Positions 48,066-56,601 of a DNA stretch of 64,000 bases are shown piece by piece. Within the stretch, counting starts at the first letter, position 1; each line of letters begins with the position of its first letter. Under the pieces are notes generated by a model that made no database searches, was not told the origin of the DNA, and saw only the letters and a list, made by a program, of their open reading frames with translations. The position numbers and the translations under genes were made by a program. The stretch is from an uncultured Candidatus Saccharibacteria bacterium (GTDB lineage: Bacteria; Patescibacteriota; Andersenbacteria; UBA10190): assembly GCA_964443125.1 (NCBI GenBank), contig CAYUBL010000002.1:35243-99242 (forward strand), written 5' to 3'.

Positions 48066-48697
48066 ACATCACAAAAATCGGGCATTGCTGTTTGCTGATT
48101 GAAGAAAACGGGAAGCGGATACTGACCGATCCGGGCGCGTGGACGACGGAGCAGAACAATGTAACAGGAGTTGATATTATCGTTATCACTCACGAGCATC
48201 CCGATCATTTCCATTTGGAATCGCTCAAACAAGTGCTCGCGAATAATCCAACCGCAACGATAGTCACAAATAGCGCGGTGAGCAAGTTGTTGGAAGCGGC
48301 AGGGATTGCGTCCGTGATTGTAGAAAACGGGCAGAAGCAAAATATAGAGAGCATTGAGCTGGCAGGATTCGGCGATACGCATGCGATCATTCATCCGCGG
48401 GTACCGAACGTACAGAACACAGGATATATGATTGCAGGCAGGTTCTTTTACCCGGGAGATGCGTTTACGACACCGAACCTGCCAATTGAAATTCTCGCCA
48501 TGCCGATGATAGGCCCTTGGATGACGCTCGCGCAGGCGATTGATTGGGCAATCGACATAAAGCCAAGCGTGTGCATTCCCGTCCATGACGGCATGCTCAG
48601 CCCTCGCCAATGGATATATAAAAATCCCGAACGGATTCTCGACGAAGAAGGAATCCGCTTCGATGCAATCGAACCGGACGAAAGCAGGGAGTATTGA
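48062..48697 (+). CDS. MBL-fold metallo-hydrolase
   Basis: HxHxDH motif (ITHEHPDHF). Confidence 0.75.
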   Translation: MNITKIGHCCLLIEENGKRILTDPGAWTTEQNNVTGVDIIVITHEHPDHFHLESLKQVLANNPTATIVTNSAVSKLLEAAGIASVIVENGQKQNIESIELAGFGDTHAIIHPRVPNVQNTGYMIAGRFFYPGDAFTTPNLPIEILAMPMIGPWMTLAQAIDWAIDIKPSVCIPVHDGMLSPRQWIYKNPERILDEEGIRFDAIEPDESREY

Positions 48698-48924
48698 ACG
48701 CTTCCCGGTTTGTTTTTGGGGGATTGCGCGGGGTACAATAAGCGCATGATAGCAACTCTGGTATTGATCGGCGCACTCGCAGGATTCGGTATGTTCAGTT
48801 TGATCTTGGAATACCACTGGAGAAGCCATGTTCCCAGGAGGGTTCGCATTCTTGTTCGCACGGCATATTATGGAGGATCTCTTATACTATGGCTTGCGGT
48901 AGCCATGGCGTTTATCGTGCTTGT

Positions 48925-49479
48925 ATGACATCTCTTCTGCCAAAAGAGAAAGTTCTCATCGAGGTGCGCAGGCACTGGCTCATTATTGTGATACACGCGC
49001 TTGTATTGCTGGTATTGGCGTTTGTGCCTATCTTTGTAGCCCCCTTGGCGCTTTCCTACATTGTGCCGGATACTGTGCGGCAACTGGGAAATGAACTATT
49101 GGCGGCGATGTTCATATTCGCCAGCGCTCTGTGGCTGCTTTTTGTGTGGGTGATGTTTTTCGCAGCTTGGACGAACTATTACCTTGACGTACTGATTGTT
49201 ACCAATCAGCGCATTATTGATCGAGAGCAGTTCGTATTGTTTTCGCATGACGAGGTAACCATACCGCTCGAGAATATTGAGGATATCAAGATAGAAAAAA
49301 CAGGATTGCTCGCGACGCTCTTTAGCTTCGGGAATATTCAAATTCAAACGGCCGGCGCAAAGCGAGAAACGATTGCGAAATATGCCAGGCATCCGGAGCG
49401 GGCAAAAGAACTGATTGAGCAGGGACTGATAGAAAACAGCAAGAAGAAACCCCGAGAGAAGCATAAAGCGGAAAAATAG
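48925..49479 (+). CDS. Membrane protein with bacterial PH (YdbS/YdbT-like) domain
   Basis: Two TM helices then a PH-like segment. Start taken at the internal Met. The upstream 72-aa ORF 48710..48928 may be a separate small membrane protein. Confidence 0.5.
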   Translation: MTSLLPKEKVLIEVRRHWLIIVIHALVLLVLAFVPIFVAPLALSYIVPDTVRQLGNELLAAMFIFASALWLLFVWVMFFAAWTNYYLDVLIVTNQRIIDREQFVLFSHDEVTIPLENIEDIKIEKTGLLATLFSFGNIQIQTAGAKRETIAKYARHPERAKELIEQGLIENSKKKPREKHKAEK

Positions 49480-49688
49480 CCGGAGCCACAACCCGCATTG
49501 CGAAGACGGTGTCTACGGATACGCCGCAGGTAATGGGTGCACAAACAAGCGTGCCGGTATTGGCTTCGACCGGAGAATTTGCCGATCGTTTTCTGCGATT
49601 TATGGCAATGGCAGGTGTCGGACTGGTACTGTTTGGACTCATTGACCGGTATCGAGCATATCGCCGAAGCGAAGCTCGTGCAAAGTAA

Positions 49689-50222
49689 ATGTTTTTGCGT
49701 TCGCATATTGTAATCGCGGCGGGCTTGTTGCTCGTGTGCGCGAGTCTTGGGATATCGGAATACCGGCGCCAGCAATACGAGAACCTGATACAGAGCGTGC
49801 ATCTGCAAGAGGTGCACGCAAGCCACGCTGCAAGCCCTCCTGCGGCAATCGACATACCGTCCGTTCATCTGAATGTGCCGCTTGCTGCCGGATATATCAT
49901 TGACGGCATCTGGACAGTATCAAAAACGCACGCGCTGCATTTGTCCAACTCCGCGTATCCGGGCCACCCGGGCAATATCATTGTATACGGGCATAACAGC
50001 AGGGATATATTCGGCCGTTTATCCCAGGTGCAAATCGGCGATGAGATTATCCTCTCCGCTGCGGATCAGGAGCGCTATGCATATCGCATCACCGGGATTC
50101 ATACAACAACCGCAGACGACGCTTCTTCGATAGCGCAAACAGAAGAAGAAGTGCTGACGATCTATACGTGTACGGGGTTGTTTGATTCCAAGCGGCTTAT
50201 TGTGAGAGCGGAGCGTTTGTAG
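49689..50222 (+). CDS. Sortase (membrane-anchored transpeptidase)
   Basis: N-terminal TM. His motif IVYGHNSRD, Cys motif LTIYTCTG, conserved Arg in RLIVRAERL. Confidence 0.75.
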   Translation: MFLRSHIVIAAGLLLVCASLGISEYRRQQYENLIQSVHLQEVHASHAASPPAAIDIPSVHLNVPLAAGYIIDGIWTVSKTHALHLSNSAYPGHPGNIIVYGHNSRDIFGRLSQVQIGDEIILSAADQERYAYRITGIHTTTADDASSIAQTEEEVLTIYTCTGLFDSKRLIVRAERL

Positions 50223-50239
50223 TTTTTAAGAAGCGTAGT

Positions 50240-50665
50240 ATGATTACATCCATGAATATTTACTTCGCAGGATCAATTCGCGGCGGGAGAGAAGATCTGG
50301 AACTGTATCAGGCAATTGTGGAGCTCTTGCAAGCATACGGTACGGTGCTCACCGAACACGTTGGCAATAATGCGATAACGGCAGTAGGGGAAAACCATGA
50401 AGACGCGGAAATTTTCCGCCGGGATATCGAGTGGCTCAAGCAGGCGGATGTGATGGTTGCCGAAGTGACCCAGCCAAGTCTTGGGGTGGGATACGAAATA
50501 GGGCAAGCCGAGGCGATGGGAAAGAGAATTCTTTGTCTGTACCGTAGTCTGCCCGGAAAATACTTATCCGCCATGATCGGTGGAAATCCGAATCTGCGCG
50601 TAGAAGAATACCAGTCCGGTGCGGACGTGGAAGATATCGTGAAGAAATTTCTGGAGGGAACGTAG
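50240..50665 (+). CDS. 2'-deoxynucleoside 5'-phosphate N-hydrolase (DNPH1/Rcl-like)
   Basis: N-terminal IYFAGSIRGGRED plus VMVAEVTQPSLGVGYEIGQA and KRILCLYR, all matching the DNPH1 family. Confidence 0.75.
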   Translation: MITSMNIYFAGSIRGGREDLELYQAIVELLQAYGTVLTEHVGNNAITAVGENHEDAEIFRRDIEWLKQADVMVAEVTQPSLGVGYEIGQAEAMGKRILCLYRSLPGKYLSAMIGGNPNLRVEEYQSGADVEDIVKKFLEGT

Positions 50666-50682
50666 GTTTCCCGACACGTCTG

Positions 50683-51438
50683 CTAGACAGAAAGGCTGAC
50701 TGGCCGGGTAAGTTGGGTGATATTCGTCAATTCGGCGTGGATAAGCATGCGCTGCTTGGTCGACCACAGCGGCCAGCATGCCATGATGGAGAGCGTCGGA
50801 ACGGGACGGTCGGAGATAACTCGAAAATCGGCTGTGGGGGTAATAATTTCGCTTTCGGTAATCCGGTACGAGTACCGGGCGCCGTTCCAATCCACATGCA
50901 CTGCGTCGCCCGCCTGTAATTCATTGATGCGCAAAAATGCAAACCGGAACGGACCTTTCCATGGCTCTCCGGTGCTGTGGGCGGAAATAAACGCATTGCC
51001 AAGGGCTCCGGGAGCAACACCGTTGGGGTAGAGCGCCGCGCCTCTCTCGAGCGTGTCGATGACATCGCTATCCGCAAGGGATGCGCTTTTTACGAGCGGG
51101 ACTTTAACATCTATCGCCGGAATACGCAGCATGTTTTGCCGGGCTTCTGCAGGCTCGTACGGAGGGGTAAGCGGAATTTGAATAGGATATGGATTTACCG
51201 CAGCCTGTGCAACGGCTTCGGATACGGGAATAACCCGGTCGGGGCTTACGGGGAGCTGGGCAATGCGGACCGGCTCCGAGAGGGAGAACAGAGACGCGGA
51301 AAGCAGGGGGGCGAAGGTGGATGCTCCCATGGCAATACCGAAGAGAAACAAGAATGCGAAGAAAAACGTTGCAGAGAACGTTTGGGCGGCCTTGGAGGCG
51401 CTGATCGGCTCAATGAAGTATTCCCGGTTCGTAAACAT
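50683..51438 (-). CDS. Sortase (second copy, class E/F-like)
   Basis: N-terminal TM; LRIPAIDVKVPL, His in NAFISAHSTG, Cys in TLSIMACWP, RMLIHAEL. Confidence 0.7.
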   Translation of the reverse strand: MFTNREYFIEPISASKAAQTFSATFFFAFLFLFGIAMGASTFAPLLSASLFSLSEPVRIAQLPVSPDRVIPVSEAVAQAAVNPYPIQIPLTPPYEPAEARQNMLRIPAIDVKVPLVKSASLADSDVIDTLERGAALYPNGVAPGALGNAFISAHSTGEPWKGPFRFAFLRINELQAGDAVHVDWNGARYSYRITESEIITPTADFRVISDRPVPTLSIMACWPLWSTKQRMLIHAELTNITQLTRPVSLSV

Positions 51439-51503
51439 AACCAGGCATTATATTCCTATTTTCTGAAAATGTCAAGGATACAATGATAAAAAGTGGCTAT
51501 ACA

Positions 51504-51546
51504 AAGCAAAAAACCCTCTTTTCCACCGGGGAATTCGAGGGTTTTT
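51504..51546 (-). terminator. Rho-independent terminator for the 51570..51746 small gene
   Basis: 9-bp stem AAAACCCTC/GAGGGTTTT; the minus strand reads TTTTTTGC after the hairpin. Confidence 0.6.
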
Positions 51547-51569
51547 GCCGTTGTATACCCGAAATTCGG

Positions 51570-51746
51570 TTATACGTCCTGCGGCTTTACGGTTGTCCGC
51601 TTGTTGCCACGGGATCGTGCTACTGCCTCATCGAGGATAGCCATCACTTTCTTGTTTACTGCTTCAGGAAGGTCTCCAGACATCTTTGCGTTCTTTTCCT
51701 TCAAGTATGTCCGAACCTTGCTTGCTACTACGAGAAGTTCGCTCAT
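51570..51746 (-). CDS. Unlisted small protein (58 aa)
   Basis: GAAGGAGGTG lies 7 nt upstream of the ATG. Sequence MSELLVVASKVRTYLKEKNAKMSGDLPEAVNKKVMAILDEAVARSRGNKRTTVKPQDV. Followed by a terminator. Confidence 0.55.
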   Translation of the reverse strand: MSELLVVASKVRTYLKEKNAKMSGDLPEAVNKKVMAILDEAVARSRGNKRTTVKPQDV

Positions 51747-51834
51747 AGATACCCACCTCCTTCATGTGTGTTCATAGGATTCACGTTTTTCCACATCGCT
51801 AAAAGTCTACCATTATACGGCTGCAGAGCACAAT

Positions 51835-53181
51835 CTATGCAAAAAGGAAGCGGAGTGCGAACAAAATAATAACAGATGCGTGGGCGAGGAGCGCCGGATG
51901 CTGGACTCGGATTTTTATGAGGATGGTAAATGCCAGGAGAAAGGCGACGATGAGCGTAATAATGCCAGCCGCAAGACGGGAACCGTGCAAGAATGCAGCG
52001 GTAAACATCTTTTCATCCGTGCTGCCTTGAATTGCGAATGAAGGAGCGGCGCTGATGACGTGCGCTGTTGTCGCGATGCTGGATCGTACGGAAAAGAGCT
52101 GCGGCGCCGCTTCTTGGCCACGATATAGCAGGGCAAATTCTTCTTGATCGAATAAGGGAGAGAGAAGGAGCGAATAGTCTGTTGCGGCAAGCGGCTTCGG
52201 GTTCGTGAATGAAATCGGGTTAGAAGGATCGCTTTCATTGCCTGCATCGTTTTTTGCAACTGCGCGCGCGATAAGCGTGCCGGACGGAAGCGAAGAAGAT
52301 GCGAGCGTGACGGTAAGTGTGCCTTCGGGAGGAATGGTGCCGCTTGTGCGTTCTTGGTTCTCGATAAAGAGCATGGCAGTAGATGCGCTCTCACCGGTTA
52401 TCGTGAATGTAACGGAGTCCTCACTGTCTTTGGGAGAATGCGCGAGGGCGATGCGCGGCGTGCGAGGTGCAGGGAGCGGGGTAGCCTCGGGGCTTGGAAG
52501 CGCTTCTGTCGTCGGAAGCGGCGTTGCTTGGGGGGCAGCAGTGGGAGCTGCTTCTTGTGCGGGCGCCTCTGCCTGTTCTTGCGGTGCTGCCGGCTGCTCT
52601 TCTGACGCGGCTCCTGCCTGCAGCGGACGACCAAACATATGGACGACGATAATGGATGTTCCGCCCTGGAATTGCCCGCTGACAACGGCAATGCCGGTTT
52701 CCGTGTATTCTTCATGGAGCAAATTAGCCCGATGAGACGGGCTATGAAGCCATGCCTCAACTACATCCTCTGCTTCGCCGAAGTCTATGGCAAGATTTTC
52801 TCCCGCAACGGTGTACTCATACCCCGTTTTCTTCATCCAAAACCACGGAGTGATTCCGGAAGGGGAAATGTGCGCAAAGTATTCATGCGTGAGCATATCT
52901 TGCCCTTTGAGCTGTGCCGCTTGGGTGAGTGCGCTGTTGACGGAAAGCGCCGGAAGTCCCGCTTCTTTTCGCGCTTGGTTGGTAAGCTGAATCATTCGTT
53001 CCTGGGTGATCGTGGAAAGCCGGGCGGTTGTAGGCACAAGCGTAACTGCGATAATTGTCGCAAGTTTTGTGAGTACCAGGAAGAGAGAGACGTACGCAAG
53101 CGACCGATGGCGCAGCGCCAGGGGCCAGTGATCGTTGTCCGGATGCGGTATGAAGCAAACCTTTGCAACTCCCATAGACAC
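51835..53181 (-). CDS. Membrane-anchored CAP/SCP/PR-1 (YkwD-like) domain protein with Ala/Pro-rich linker
   Basis: TM, then a CAP domain (TNQARKEAGLPAL ... HSPSHRANLL), then an AAPQEQAEAPAQEAAPTAAPQATP linker. Start only 23 nt from the divergent manC start. Confidence 0.6.
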   Translation of the reverse strand: MSMGVAKVCFIPHPDNDHWPLALRHRSLAYVSLFLVLTKLATIIAVTLVPTTARLSTITQERMIQLTNQARKEAGLPALSVNSALTQAAQLKGQDMLTHEYFAHISPSGITPWFWMKKTGYEYTVAGENLAIDFGEAEDVVEAWLHSPSHRANLLHEEYTETGIAVVSGQFQGGTSIIVVHMFGRPLQAGAASEEQPAAPQEQAEAPAQEAAPTAAPQATPLPTTEALPSPEATPLPAPRTPRIALAHSPKDSEDSVTFTITGESASTAMLFIENQERTSGTIPPEGTLTVTLASSSLPSGTLIARAVAKNDAGNESDPSNPISFTNPKPLAATDYSLLLSPLFDQEEFALLYRGQEAAPQLFSVRSSIATTAHVISAAPSFAIQGSTDEKMFTAAFLHGSRLAAGIITLIVAFLLAFTILIKIRVQHPALLAHASVIILFALRFLFA

Positions 53182-53204
53182 TAGTGTATCGTATTACTAC
53201 ACCT

Positions 53205-54272
53205 ATGAATATTGTCATTATGGCAGGCGGCGGCGGGAGCAGACTTTGGCCGCTTTCGCGCAAGGCGCTTCCGAAGCAATTCCTGGATTTGGGGACCGGA
53301 AAAACGCTGCTTGCACATGCGTATGACCGGGCGCTCCACATGGCCGATCCGCAGCATGTCTACATCGCCACGACGCAGGAATACCGGACGAGAATCATGG
53401 AGCTGCTGCCGGATGTTCCGGAAAAAAATATTTTTCTTGAGCCGGAGCGCCGCGAAACCGGTCCGGCGTTTGCCGCAGCCGCATGGCAGCTGCGGGAAGC
53501 GGGGCAAGGAGATGCGCCCACGCTCTTTTTGTGGTCTGACCATGTGTTTACCGATGAAGACCGGCTGTTTCGGGACTTGAACATCATGAACGAGCTCATC
53601 GAACGGGATCCCAAGCGCATCGTGATCTTCGGGCATGTTCCCGTGGCTCCGAAAACGGGATTCGGGTACATGAAAATGGGAGAGAAGCTTGCCGGATACG
53701 AAAACGTATACAAAATAGATTCGTTTAAAGAGAAGCCGGACGCAGCGACGGCACAGGCATATGTGGAAGACGGGTCGTATTTTTGGAATATCGGGTATAT
53801 GTGCGTTACCCCGGCGTTTCTTCTCAAGGAACTGCAAGAGTATGCGCCGGATTTGTATGATGCCATTATCCGGTATGGCGATGCGCTGAAAACCAGCGGC
53901 CAGGAGGCTGCCGATGAGGTATACCGGAATATTCCCAAAATCGCCATCGATTACGCATTGAATGAGCGTACGCCGAACATTATTGCGGTGACGGGGGATT
54001 ACGGTTGGAGCGATGTGGGAAGCTGGGCGGTCGTGAAGCAGCTGTTCGGCATCAACGGAGACCATGTGCCCCACGGCCATCATGTGCATATCGATAGCAG
54101 AAACAACTACGTGTACAATGCGACCCATAAAGCCGTCTCTCTGATCGGCATTACCGATACTGCGGTGGTTGTTACCGATGACGCCGTGCTGATTGCGGAT
54201 ATCGAAAGTTCGCAGAAGGTAAAAGAGGTGGTGCAGAAACTCGAGGAAGACGGAAAGGACGCATATCTATGA
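53205..54272 (+). CDS. Mannose-1-phosphate guanylyltransferase-like nucleotidyltransferase
   Basis: MNIVIMAGGGGSRLWPLS. Start moved to the conserved Met (ORF track begins at 53184). Confidence 0.8.
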   Translation: MNIVIMAGGGGSRLWPLSRKALPKQFLDLGTGKTLLAHAYDRALHMADPQHVYIATTQEYRTRIMELLPDVPEKNIFLEPERRETGPAFAAAAWQLREAGQGDAPTLFLWSDHVFTDEDRLFRDLNIMNELIERDPKRIVIFGHVPVAPKTGFGYMKMGEKLAGYENVYKIDSFKEKPDAATAQAYVEDGSYFWNIGYMCVTPAFLLKELQEYAPDLYDAIIRYGDALKTSGQEAADEVYRNIPKIAIDYALNERTPNIIAVTGDYGWSDVGSWAVVKQLFGINGDHVPHGHHVHIDSRNNYVYNATHKAVSLIGITDTAVVVTDDAVLIADIESSQKVKEVVQKLEEDGKDAYL

Positions 54273-55294
54273 CCGCTAAACAGCGCAGGCGATTTACAAT
54301 AACAAATTCCAGGAAATTCTCTCTGACGCTTCTGGCAATTGTATTGATTGCTGGCGGAGCGTTGTTTCGCCTCGTATGGGGAAGCGGAGAGATTGTGAAA
54401 ACGGGCACGATAGAAATACGGCAGGGAGAAGATGCATCGCGCATATGGCGGCGCCTTGTGGAGGAGGGGTACAGCGATCGGACGATTCCATGGAAGTATT
54501 ACGGCCGCATGGACAACGCGGCGGCAAAAGTGCAGGCGGGGGTATATCAAGTGGAAAAAGGAGAGAACATATCGCGCGTGCTGGATCGGCTTGTGCGCGG
54601 AGACGTGCAGACGAACGAATTTTCCGTAACATTTCCGGAAGGGTTCACGCTTGCGCAGATTGCAAGCCGGTATGCGGATCGGACGGGGAAGTCCGCCGAG
54701 GAGTTTATCCGCCAAGCGCATGTGAACAATTATGCGGATCGGTTTTCATTCTTAGTCTCGCTGCCCGGCACGCGGACCCTGGAAGGGTACCTGTTTCCAG
54801 ATACGTATCGAATTACTCCGGATGATGAGCCAGACGATGTGATTATGCGCATGTTGGGAAATTTCGACCGGAAAGTTCCCCAGGATATGCGAGAGAATCT
54901 TCCGGAAGGACGGACGCTGGGCGATATTATCATCATGGCGAGCATTATCGAAAAAGAAGTGCAAAGCGACGCGGATATGGCGCTTGTATCCGGAGTGTTG
55001 TGGAAGCGCATCAAGAACGGTGAAGGACTGTACGTGGATGCGACGATTGAGTATCTCGTTGAGAAAAACGGCAATCTAACGGCGGCGGATTTGGCCATCG
55101 ATTCGCCGTACAATACGCGCAAGTACCGAGGGCTTCCTCCCGGACCCATCAGCAATCCCGGGCTTCGGGCAATTGATGCGGCAATTCATCCGGAAGAATC
55201 GGAGTACTATTACTACCTGACCGCACAGGACGGGACGACGGTTTTCTCGAAAACCAACGACGAGCATAATCGGAACAAGGCGAAATACCTATAG
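54269..55294 (+). CDS. mltG: Endolytic murein transglycosylase MltG (YceG family)
   Basis: N-terminal TM; conserved YceG C-terminus (YNTRKYRGLPPGPISNPG ... YYYLTAQDGTTVFSKT). Confidence 0.85.
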   Translation: MTAKQRRRFTITNSRKFSLTLLAIVLIAGGALFRLVWGSGEIVKTGTIEIRQGEDASRIWRRLVEEGYSDRTIPWKYYGRMDNAAAKVQAGVYQVEKGENISRVLDRLVRGDVQTNEFSVTFPEGFTLAQIASRYADRTGKSAEEFIRQAHVNNYADRFSFLVSLPGTRTLEGYLFPDTYRITPDDEPDDVIMRMLGNFDRKVPQDMRENLPEGRTLGDIIIMASIIEKEVQSDADMALVSGVLWKRIKNGEGLYVDATIEYLVEKNGNLTAADLAIDSPYNTRKYRGLPPGPISNPGLRAIDAAIHPEESEYYYYLTAQDGTTVFSKTNDEHNRNKAKYL

Positions 55295-55370
55295 CAGGGT
55301 TAGAGGTTGGAGTGTATCCCACAGCGAAAAGATCGGAACAAGGCGAAATACCTATAGCAGGGTTAGAGGT
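55269..55370. repeat. 39-bp perfect direct repeat (two copies, 63-bp period) spanning the mltG stop codon
   Basis: ATCGGAACAAGGCGAAATACCTATAGCAGGGTTAGAGGT at 55269-55307 and again at 55332-55370. Confidence 0.85.
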
Positions 55371-55420
55371 AAGGAGGGCGTGGGGTATAGGCAGCGAGCT
55401 TCGCGAATGTTTACGACTCT

Positions 55421-55586
55421 TGCATATTTTCGGGTTTTTGTGTATACAGAAAACAGTCATCCAGAGACCAGGGGCGCCATTTAAGACCTCTGCAGGATAC
55501 ACTAGGCAACCTGCCCTTGCGGCAGATAAAGCTTCTGTTGCTTGGATATCTTTGTCGCACGGATGGCGGCAAATTTTTATTTTATG
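55421..55586 (+). promoter_or_regulatory. Putative rplJ-rplL promoter (TTGCAT-17-TATACA) and L10-leader-like 5' UTR
   Basis: Hexamers at 55421-55449, then ~135 nt of GC-rich leader before rplJ. Confidence 0.4.
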
Positions 55587-56111
55587 CCACTTACAAGACA
55601 ACAAAAAGAAACTCGTGTTGAAGAAGTGGGAAGCGATATCAGCTCCGCTGCGGGAGTCGTATTCTTGGCGTATGACGCGCTCACCATTGCCGACGGCAAT
55701 GAATTGAGAAACCGACTGTTCGAAGCCGGCTGTTCGATGAGGGTTGTTCCGAAGCGCTTGCTGAAAATTGCGCTTGGGAATGCCGATGTTACGTTCAATC
55801 CGATGGAGCATGAGGGCCAAATGGCAATCATCTTCGGTCCTGATGCGGTTGCTCCGGCAAAAGTGCTTGCAGCATTCGCAAAGGGAAAGGAAAATCTTCG
55901 CTTGGTTGCGGGGATGCTCGAAGGGAGCGTCATCGCATCGGCACAGGTATCCCAGCTCGCAAGCTTGCCAAGCAAGCAGGAGCTGCTCGGACAGCTCGTC
56001 GGAGTTCTTGCAGGTCCAATGCGATCCTTTGCCCAGATGCTCTCCGGAGTTCCTCGAAGCACCGTATACGTTCTGCAAGCGATCGCGGATAAGAAATCGC
56101 AAACCGCTTAA
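55587..56111 (+). CDS. rplJ: 50S ribosomal protein L10
   Basis: MPLTRQQKETRVEEV... Start taken at the conserved Met (ORF track begins at 55542). Confidence 0.9.
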   Translation, partial: PLTRQQKETRVEEVGSDISSAAGVVFLAYDALTIADGNELRNRLFEAGCSMRVVPKRLLKIALGNADVTFNPMEHEGQMAIIFGPDAVAPAKVLAAFAKGKENLRLVAGMLEGSVIASAQVSQLASLPSKQELLGQLVGVLAGPMRSFAQMLSGVPRSTVYVLQAIADKKSQTA

Positions 56112-56144
56112 GATTCATAATCCATAACATAATCCAATCATCCT

Positions 56145-56555
56145 ATGTCAGATGAAAAAGCAACAGTTGAGGTTCCGGAGAAGTTCCAGGATCTCGTAAA
56201 GAAGATTGAAGAAATGTCGGTACTTGAACTTTCCGAGCTGGTAAAAGTGCTCGAAGAGAAGTTCGGAGTTTCCGCTGCGGCACCCGCAATGATGGTTGCG
56301 GCAGGACCGGCAGCAGGCGGCGATGCGCCGGCGGCAGAAGAGAAGTCTTCGTTCACCGTTGAAATCGCAGATGCCGGAGCGCAAAAGATCGCCGTCATCA
56401 AGGCGGTTCGCGAGCTTACGCAGCTCGGCTTAAAGGATGCGAAGGACTTGGTAGACAAGGTTCCCGCAACCGTAAAGGAAAACGTTCCGAAGGAAGAAGC
56501 GGAAGAAATGAAGAAAGCGCTGGAAGCTGCAGGAGCAAAAGTAGAACTCAAATAA
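56145..56555 (+). CDS. rplL: 50S ribosomal protein L7/L12
   Basis: N-terminal dimerisation helix, Ala/Pro hinge and C-terminal domain ([24 protein letters not shown]). Confidence 0.95.
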   Translation: MSDEKATVEVPEKFQDLVKKIEEMSVLELSELVKVLEEKFGVSAAAPAMMVAAGPAAGGDAPAAEEKSSFTVEIADAGAQKIAVIKAVRELTQLGLKDAKDLVDKVPATVKENVPKEEAEEMKKALEAAGAKVELK

Positions 56556-56571
56556 CCTGCATTTGCAAGGT

Positions 56572-56600
56572 AAAAACCCCGCCTATCCGGCGGGGTTTTT
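56572..56600. terminator. Bidirectional rho-independent terminator
   Basis: AAAAACCCCGCC-tatcc-GGCGGGGTTTTT between rplL and the convergent 56602 gene. Confidence 0.85.
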
Positions 56601-56601
56601 G

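Noticed and set aside
42538-51800. tRNA-Trp as the integration site of a genomic island containing the accessory genes at 43-52 kb
   Set aside because: tRNA-Trp is on the minus strand with its 3' end at 42538. An island inserted at the tRNA 3' end would extend toward lower coordinates, but the accessory block lies on the other side. No integrase, direct-repeat copy of the tRNA 3' end or transposase was found.
55312-55707. 131-aa ORF across the mltG-rplJ intergenic region
   Set aside because: Overlaps the rplJ leader and start in another frame and has no motif. The region is better explained as promoter plus L10 leader.
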